Source: Octopus bimaculoides (lineage: Eukaryota). Taken from it: DNA of 41,094 nucleotides. The DNA lies in assembly GCF_001194135.2 (NCBI RefSeq), contig NC_068997.1, forward strand, positions 44,433,837-44,474,930, written 5' to 3'. The position numbers were made by a program, and so were the translations under genes. Position 1 is the first letter of the stretch; each line of letters begins with the position of its first letter. The notes under the pieces are model-generated. The model did no database searches. It was not told where the DNA came from and saw nothing but the letters and a program-made list of their open reading frames with translations. Positions 35,948 through 41,094 of the stretch are shown one piece after another.

Positions 35948-38125
35948 CCCTTGTCTAGACATTGCATAATGGTTGTAAATGCATATCACCATCAAACAAG
36001 CAATGCTTTTCACATCCAGTCTTCTATAGAAAGCATGTCTGGCCATGGGGAAATACTGATTTGCTTGGAAATAGGTGACGGTTGGTGACAGGGAGGGCAT
36101 CCGGCTATAGAAAATCTGCCTCTACAAATTCTGTCTGACCCATGCAAGCATAGAAAAATGGACATTAAATGATGATGATTGTAAACTATTTCCCATATTT
36201 TCATGTTTTCAGGTTCTATGATGTCGACATTCTTGGAGAGCTGTGGAGTGGCTGATCTTATTACCACATGCTATGGTGGTCGGAATCGCAGAGTGGCTGA
36301 GGCTTTTGCTAAGACAGGAAAGGTAACACTTCTGCAATTCTTACATCTTCCTTTATCTTTTCTTTTTCAAATTTACTTATTTTTTTTTTGTCTCCAGTAT
36401 GGCCACAATCAAATGACTGAAGGAAGTAAAACATAAAAAAAATATTGCTTTGCATTAAATTTCTTGCATTATCCATGAGTTCATACAGGAATATTAAAAA
36501 AAAAAACTGAATTGCGGTTTTTGCTATGCTCTATTTTTTTAATTGTCTGAAATTAATTAGCAATTTTAATGAGAACATAACCCATCCTTGCCAATCTTTG
36601 TGGCTCTTGGGAGAAGGATTAATGAACTTAACCTGGAAATTCTTTCATATTGTTGTTTTGATTATATTCATACACATAATCACATAATCACATGTTGAAT
36701 CTCATATTCAATCACTCAGTCTGGTATCCATTCACTAAATCACTCACTCACTCACTCACTCACCTACCCACCCACATAGTCACTCAAAACTAACTCACTC
36801 TCTCACTTGCTCCCTACCTCCCTCCCTCCCTCATTCACTTCCTCACACATTCACTCACTCATTTACTCATTCACTCCTCACTCACTCACTCATCCACTCA
36901 CCCACATCCACTCACTCACTCACCCACTCACATCCACTCACTCACTCACATCCACTCACTCACATCCACTCATCCACTCACTCATTCACCCACTCACATC
37001 CACTCATTCACCCACTCACATCCACTCACTCATTTACTCACATCCACTCACTCACAGCCACTCACCCACATCCACTCGCATATCCTCTCACTCGCTCACT
37101 CACTCACTCACCCACTCACATCCATTCACTCACATATCCACTCACTCACTCACTCATCCCTCACTCACCCACCCACTCACTCACATCCACTCACTCTCTC
37201 ACTCATCCATTTACCTATTCCCTGTTTCTATATTAGTTATTAATTACTTACATCTCCCCCCCCCTTCTCTTCGCCAGTCGATAGAGCAACTTGAACAGGA
37301 GATGTTGAACGGTCAAAAACTTCAAGGTCCGCCCACAGCAGCTGAAGTCAATATCATGTTGAAGTCAAGGAATATGGAGGACAGGTAAAAACTTCATTTT
37401 TTATATTTCATGACACATGACATGAATCAAGGAGAGAGTCTCTATATTTATTTCTTTATTGCCCACAAGGGGCTAAACATAGAGGGGACAAACAAGGCTA
37501 GACAAAGGGGTTAAGATGATTACATCGACCCAAGTGCGTAACTGGTACTTATTTAATCAACCCCGAAAGGACGAAAGGCAAAGCCGACCTCGACGGAATT
37601 TGAACTCAGAACATGATGGCAGACGAAATACCGCTAAGCATTTTACCCAGCGTGCTAACGATTCTGCCAGCTCACTGTATGTGTATTTATGTTTGTTTGT
37701 GTGTATGTATGTGCTTTTGTCTTGACATCACATGATGGTTGTAAACGAGCATCACCATCATACAAGTGGTATTTATTTTCAATCTTCTGTGGAAAACATG
37801 TCTAGCCATGGGAAAATATTACCTTGCTTGGGGATAGGTGAGAGTTAGCAACAAGAAGGGTATCCAGCTGTTAGAAAATCCGTCTCAACAAATTCTGTCT
37901 AACCCATGCCAGCATGGAGAAGTGGACGTTAAATGATTGATGATTGTGTGTTGCTTGTGTGAGAGATTAATATATTGATTCTGTTATTAATTAATTAATT
38001 AATTAATTTTTGTTATTTATTTTGTCAGATTTCCTCTGTTCACAACAATACATCGGATGTGCTTAGGTGAAGTTCCTGTCGACAAATTCATCAGCTGCCT
38101 TAAGAACCACCCTGAACATCACTAA
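12329..38125 (+). CDS. GPD1: Cytosolic glycerol-3-phosphate dehydrogenase [NAD+], spliced gene: join(12329-12372, 25163-25343, 30651-30791, ~31482-31620, 33327-33439, 34880-35000, 36213-36322, 37278-37384, 38029-38125); about 350 aa
   Basis: Manual splicing at GT-AG sites gives one continuous frame with family motifs: Rossmann [87 protein letters not shown]-terminal NHPEH. All intron phases are compatible. GPD1 versus GPD1L orthology cannot be resolved. Confidence 0.97.
14761..14993. repeat. Near-perfect palindrome: arms 14761-14870 and 14885-14993, 14-nt spacer
   Basis: The arms are exact reverse complements apart from one T/A homopolymer indel (6 vs 5). Confidence 0.97.
14882..14922 (+). 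ncRNA. Candidate minimal type I hammerhead ribozyme with U3-A8 covariant core
   Basis: AAT-TTGAAAA-ACCTA-cacgac-TAGGT-GAAA-AGCGCT-TC-ATT: 5-bp stem II, palindromic stem III AAGCGCTT, predicted cleavage after C14919; stem I only about 3 bp. Confidence 0.5.
15548..15930 (-). mobile_element. RTE-type 3' tail repeat with (GAT)n tail; further copies at about 14130-14345 (-), 14470-14725 (+), 35190-35330, 36000-36180, 37730-37945 (+)
   Basis: Shares GGCGTTAGGAAGGGC..CCAGCT and GTGGACATTAAAC-(GAT)n with the 32186-32510 copy. The RTE assignment is from recalled 3'-end similarity. Confidence 0.7.
16471..16579 (+). mobile_element. 5'-truncated SINE family A copy
   Basis: Matches the 3' end of the 3558-3947 element, with a (CAA) tail. 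Confidence 0.88.
18388..18610 (+). mobile_element. Old tRNA-derived SINE (family D)
   Basis: A-box GTGGCTTAGTGGTTAG, B-box GGTTTCAATTCC, then TTCTTGAGCAAGACACTT. Confidence 0.7.
19013..19190 (+). mobile_element. Partial mariner-derived MITE
   Basis: Left TIR TACAAGGGGGTGCTGAAAATTTCC and the same internal sequence as 25669-25888; right TIR not seen. Confidence 0.75.
20005..20270 (+). mobile_element. Unclassified small repeat (Penelope-tail-like); inverted relative at about 24775-24950
   Basis: Both copies share TTCGAAACGC..TAG..TTAGAAT..GGCAGCTGATGAAGG and TCCTGTACC..GATATGCATCTATATATAC. Confidence 0.6.
20576..20973 (+). mobile_element. Full-length SINE family A with (CAA)n tail and 12-bp TSD (1 mismatch)
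   Basis: TSD AGTCTCTTAATA at 20564-20575 and AGTCCCTTAATA at 20974-20985. Confidence 0.92.
24467..24686 (-). mobile_element. Mariner-derived MITE with both TIRs and TA ends
   Basis: TIRs TACAAGGGGGTGCTGAAAAGTTCC and GGAACTTTTCAACACCCTCTTGTA; the internal + strand encodes [18 protein letters not shown], resembling the mariner transposase C-terminus. Confidence 0.85.
25163..25343 (+). CDS. GPD1: GPDH exon 2 (GSAIAKIVG...[11 protein letters not shown]), 181 nt
   Basis: Acceptor catttttctcag|G, donor GTG|gtcagt; contained in ORF 25119-25361. Confidence 0.96.
25435..25658 (+). mobile_element. piggyBac-like MITE ((T)TAACCC...GGGTTAA ends); related copies at 30198-30421 (opposite orientation) and 34312-34809
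   Basis: Terminal inverted repeats TTACCCTTTAGCATT and AATGCTGAAGGGTTAA; TTAA target signature. Confidence 0.72.
25669..25888 (+). mobile_element. Mariner-derived MITE, inverted relative to 24467-24686
   Basis: TIRs TACGAGGTGTGCTGAAAAGTTCC and GGAACTTTTCAGCACTCCTTCATA; ORF-track translations of the two copies align. Confidence 0.85.
26300..26640 (+). repeat. Degenerate (GGT/AGT/TGT)n low-complexity tract
   Basis: Direct reading; source of the spurious Thr- and Val-rich ORFs. Confidence 0.85.
26640..26912 (+). mobile_element. 5' end remnant of a mariner transposon
   Basis: TIR-like TATGAGGTGGTATCAAAAAGTTCC at about 26641; 26838-26912 translates to [25 protein letters not shown], a mariner N-terminal HTH-like segment. 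Confidence 0.78.
27278..27661 (+). mobile_element. Full-length SINE family A with 13-bp TSD
   Basis: TSD TGTATGTAGTAGT at 27265-27277 and 27662-27674. Confidence 0.92.
28108..28405 (-). mobile_element. Small retroelement with a truncated tRNA-like head, a hammerhead and a partial inverted duplication (SINE/Penelope-like, retrozyme-like)
   Basis: B-box GAGTTCGATTCC (28295-28306, -); hammerhead 28161-28206; AATAAA at 28152-28157 (-); perfect 29-bp inverted repeat 28227-28255 / 28377-28405. Confidence 0.72.
28161..28206 (-). ncRNA. Minimal type I hammerhead ribozyme motif
   Basis: Minus strand: GACAC-CTGATGA-A-GGCTG-gagggtatat-CAGCC-GAAA-CGT-C-GTGTT. Stem I 5 bp, stem II 5 bp, ACGT palindromic stem III, GUC cleavage triplet. 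Confidence 0.78.
29187..29436 (+). mobile_element. RTE-type 3' tail repeat (5' end in gap)
   Basis: Highly similar to 32230-32510; ends GTTAAACGATGATGAT. Confidence 0.82.
30651..30791 (+). CDS. GPD1: GPDH exon 3 ([10 protein letters not shown]...AVSLIK), 141 nt
   Basis: Acceptor tttgtcccag|GTT, donor AAG|gtgggt. Confidence 0.96.
31510..31620 (+). CDS. GPD1: GPDH exon 4, visible 3' part ([37 protein letters not shown]); 5' end lies in the N gap 31458-31509
   Basis: LMGANIA motif; donor ATTG|gtaag. The conserved LIS.V segment runs up to the gap edge. Confidence 0.92.
32186..32510 (+). mobile_element. RTE-type 3' tail repeat, (GAT)n tail
   Basis: GGCGTTAGGAAGGGCATCCAGCTGTAGAAACTCTGCC...GCGGACGTTAAACGACGATGATGATG. 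Confidence 0.82.
33327..33439 (+). CDS. GPD1: GPDH exon 5 ([38 protein letters not shown]), 113 nt
   Basis: Acceptor ttccag|GT, donor AAA|gtgagt; ends in the catalytic-Lys motif CGALK. Confidence 0.95.
34364..34675 (-). mobile_element. RTE-type 3' tail repeat nested inside a piggyBac-like MITE (34312-34809)
   Basis: Reverse complement of 32220-32510, roughly 90% identical by eye; host MITE ends flank it. Confidence 0.85.
34880..35000 (+). CDS. GPD1: GPDH exon 6 ([41 protein letters not shown]), 121 nt
   Basis: Acceptor tttcag|AAC, donor GAAG|gtaac. Confidence 0.95.
35596..35910 (+). mobile_element. Penelope-tail-like repeat with a variant hammerhead motif at 35651-35686
   Basis: CTTT-CTGTTGA-A-GAGT-gtag-GCTC-GAAA-CGT-A-AAAG; flanked by (TA)n and (TG)n. 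Confidence 0.55.
36213..36322 (+). CDS. GPD1: GPDH exon 7 ([37 protein letters not shown]), 110 nt
   Basis: Acceptor ttttcag|GT, donor AAG|gtaac. Confidence 0.96.
36735..37210 (+). repeat. Degenerate (CACT/CATC)n tetranucleotide array ending about 70 nt before the exon 8 acceptor
   Basis: Direct reading. Confidence 0.95.
37278..37384 (+). CDS. GPD1: GPDH exon 8 ([36 protein letters not shown]), 107 nt
   Basis: Acceptor tcgccag|TCG, donor AG|gtaaaa. Confidence 0.95.
38029..38125 (+). CDS. GPD1: GPDH exon 9 ([31 protein letters not shown]), 97 nt
   Basis: Acceptor tttgtcag|A; stop TAA at 38123-38125; typical FPLF and NHPEH C-terminus. Confidence 0.95.
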
Positions 38126-39079
38126 GAAGAATATAAAAGAAAAACAACAACATTTCCTTATCTTTAAACAAAAATGTTTTGTCCAGAAAAGACAAAACAT
38201 GCAAAAAAAANNNNNNNNNNNNNNNNNNNNNNNNNNNNNNNNNNNNNNNNNNNNNNNNNNNNNNNNNNNNNNNNNNNNNNNNNNNNNNNNNNNNNNNNNN
38301 NNNNNNNNNNNNNNNNNNNNNNNNNNNNNNNNNNNNNNNNNNNNNNNNNNNNNNNNNNNNNNNNNNNNNNNNNNNNNNNNNNNNNNNNNNNNNNNNNNNN
38401 NNNNNNNNNNNNNNNNNNNNNNNNNNNNNNNNNNNNNNNNNNNNNNNNNNNNNNNNNNNNNNNNNNNNNNNNNNNNNNNNNNNNNNNNNNNNNNNNNNNN
38501 NNNNNNNNNNNNNNNNNNNNNNNNNNNNNNNNNNNNNNNNNNNNNNNNNNNNNNNNNNNNNNNNNNNNNNNNNNNNNNNNNNNNNNNNNNNNNNNNNNNN
38601 NNNNNNNNNNNNNNNNNNNNNNNNNNNNNNNNNNNNNNNNNNNNNNNNNNNNNNNNNNNNNNNNNNNNNNNNNNNNNNNNNNNNNNNNNNNNNNNNNNNN
38701 NNNNNNNNNNNNNNNNNNNNNNNNNNNNNNNNNNNNNNNNNNNNNNNNNNNNNNNNNNNNNNNNNNNNNNNNNNNNNNNNNNNNNNNNNNNNNNNNNNNN
38801 NNNNNNNNNNNNNNNNNNNNNNNNNNNNNNNNNNNNNNNNNNNNNNNNNNNNNNNNNNNNNNNNNNNNNNNNNNNNNNNNNNNNNNNNNNNNNNNNNNNN
38901 NNNNNNNNNNNNNNNNNNNNNNNNNNNNNNNNNNNNNNNNNNNNNNNNNNNNNNNNNNNNNNNNNAAATTTGGGGGAAGGGATTAAGTCGATTACATTGA
39001 CCCCAGTGTGTAACTGGTACTTATTTAGTCAACCCTGGAAGTATGAAAGGCAAAGTCGACCTCGGCGGAATTTGAACTC

Positions 39080-39110
<31 letters not shown>

Positions 39111-40251
39111 TGTTTCAAATTTTAGCTCAAAAGCAACAATTTAAGTGGGGTGAGCTTAGTTCAATTACATTGATCTTAGTGATTGATTGGTACTTAATTT
39201 CACTGATTCTGAAAAAAAAAAAAAAAGAAGAAAGAAAGGTGAAGTTGAGTTTGGCAGGATTTGAGCTCAGAATGTAGAGAGTTGGAAGAGATTCTGTGAA
39301 GCAATTTTTCTGACATGCTAATGCTTCTGCCAGCTCACTACCCTAATAATAATAGTAATAATAATGATAATTGTTATAGTCACAAGGCCTGGAATTTTGG
39401 GAAAGGTTGTAGTTGATTATATCAGACCCTCCCACAGTACTTGACTGGTGGTTCATTTTAATGACCCTTGCAAAAAGATGAAAATATGGAGTTCAGTTTG
39501 GCAGGATTTGAACTCAGAAGGTAAAGGGTTGTAGCTAAATGCTGTAAAGCATTTTGTCAGACACTGATGATTCTGCCAAAAATATATATCAATTAATACA
39601 ATAGTACCTACCTACCTACCTACCTATCTTTTTTGTCATGCTCTGAACTGTGGAATGAAATTAAATGCATAAAATTTACATTATTCGTTAGACAATTGAC
39701 TGATAAACTATAGAACAAAATTGAAGATATAGTCTATTACAGATATAATATTTACATTATCCGTGAGACTGCTATGTTTTTTCGTTTTAGAATCTGCAGT
39801 TCAGTTGGGCAACTACTATATTTTGTTCACTGTCACTGGCTTGAAATCTATCTTGATGAGTTTTTCTCTGATAAAGAGCCAGAAAGAATGTTGCAGAGAA
39901 TATTTTCTGACGCTCCTGTGATTCTACCAACTTGCCATCTTTAATAATAATCCTTTCTACCATAGGTACAATACCTAAAACTTTTTGGGATGGGGGTGGC
40001 AAATCGATTATATCGGCTTTTATATTCGACCAGTACTTATTTTATCAACCCCGACAGGATGGAAGGCAAGATTGACCTCGGTGGGATTTGAACTCAGTCT
40101 AAAGAGCCAGAAGAAATACTACGAGGTGTTCTGACCAATGGCAGTAGCGATTCTGCCCGTCTACTGTTCCAGTGCCTACAGTATAATACTCTCACGACCT
40201 CCCGATCGTGATCTGAACATCAAACCACGCGCCTTCATAGGAGTAACATGA

Positions 40252-40460
40252 TACAAAAGGTTACTGAAAAATTCCTGGCTTTAGGTAAAAGAAAATATTG
40301 GAGGATCAGTTAATTATGATTTTATTCAATATGTTCCCCTCTTAAATTCACACACTTATTCTAGTGGTCCTTCAGTTTTTCTAAACTCTGTAAAAGAACT
40401 CGGAAGGTCAGGCCAGCAATAATACCCTAAAAGCCAAGAACTGTTTAACACCCCTTCGTA
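40252..40460 (+). mobile_element. Mariner-derived MITE
   Basis: Degenerate TIRs TACAAAAGGTTACTGAAAAATTCC and GAACTGTTTAACACCCCTTCGTA; internal sequence matches 25669-25888. Confidence 0.8.
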
Positions 40461-41048
40461 TATGCACAGATACTAAACTGAAAGTGGAGCAAAACCTGAA
40501 ATATAACACAAGGAAGGAATTTAAATTTAATAAACAAATAAAGGTATTTATCTACTTTATAGCAAAACAATATCATCTTGGGAAAATCCAGGCATCCCTT
40601 CAACTCTGACTACTTTCCACACAAGGAATTCCTTTCCCACCTGTCTGTAACCTACAAATTGGATCCAAATAATTAGCCGTTTCACCATCAGGTCTTTCGA
40701 ATTCAGATGTGGGGCATCTACAGTTTTTAGTGAACTGCAAGATTTCCCACATCTTTTGAGGCGTGTTCGTATAGTCATCGTTAGATTGATGTGTATTGAA
40801 TACCAGTAATATAATGAGGGTAAATTCCTTCTACATTTTTTATTTTTTTGAATTCTTTTAGCTGTTTCAGTCATTGGACTGCGGCCGCGCTGGAGCACAC
40901 CCTTGAAGAGTTTAATCGAACAATTCGACTCAAGTACTTATTTTTCAAGCCTGGCACTTGTTCTGTTGGTCTCTTTTGCCGAACTGCTAAGTTACGGGGT
41001 GGGGGCGTAAAGAAACCTGAATCGGTTATCAAGAGGTGGAGTGGGACG

Positions 41049-41081
<33 letters not shown>

Positions 41082-41094
41082 TGGGTCCCCATAC

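Noticed and set aside
36807-37388. 193-aa His/Ser/Thr/Leu-rich ORF in frame with exon 8
   Set aside because: It is read-through of a stop-poor tetranucleotide repeat; a proper acceptor exists at 37277.
38123-38170. Possible stop-codon readthrough or C-terminal extension of GPDH
   Set aside because: TAA-G is a poor readthrough context and the extension has no recognisable targeting signal. The 3' UTR beyond 38210 is in a gap, so alternative last exons cannot be assessed.
40557-40898. 113-aa minus-strand ORF, weakly mariner-like
   Set aside because: The similarity is too vague to support by eye; it needs a translated search.

Overview
Eukaryotic, AT-rich, repeat-dense draft genomic sequence with several N gaps. 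The SINE, MITE and microsatellite landscape suggests a coleoid cephalopod, probably Octopus (inference). There is one protein-coding gene: a + strand, 9-coding-exon cytosolic NAD-dependent glycerol-3-phosphate dehydrogenase (GPD1/Gpdh, about 350 aa, 12329-38125). The 5' part of exon 4 is lost in an assembly gap. Upstream lie a ~2.6 kb satellite whose unit centres on the CRE palindrome GATGACGTCATC, a CpG/CCAAT-rich promoter-like island and a decayed Ty3/Gypsy pol. The introns hold tRNA-derived SINEs, RTE-tail elements, mariner- and piggyBac-like MITEs and microsatellites. The most interesting signal is a set of minimal type I hammerhead-ribozyme motifs in three different small repeats: (i) a near-canonical hammerhead behind a tRNA-like head (28161-28206, - strand); (ii) a U3-A8 core-covariant hammerhead inside a 110-bp-arm near-perfect palindrome in intron 1 (14761-14993); (iii) an A6U variant in intron 6 (35651-35686). 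Inverted repeat pairs also flank exon 2 and exons 3-5, and a YCAY array precedes exon 8. All calls were made by eye; no searches or folding runs were performed. Most ORFs in the supplied track are gap, microsatellite or SINE artefacts.
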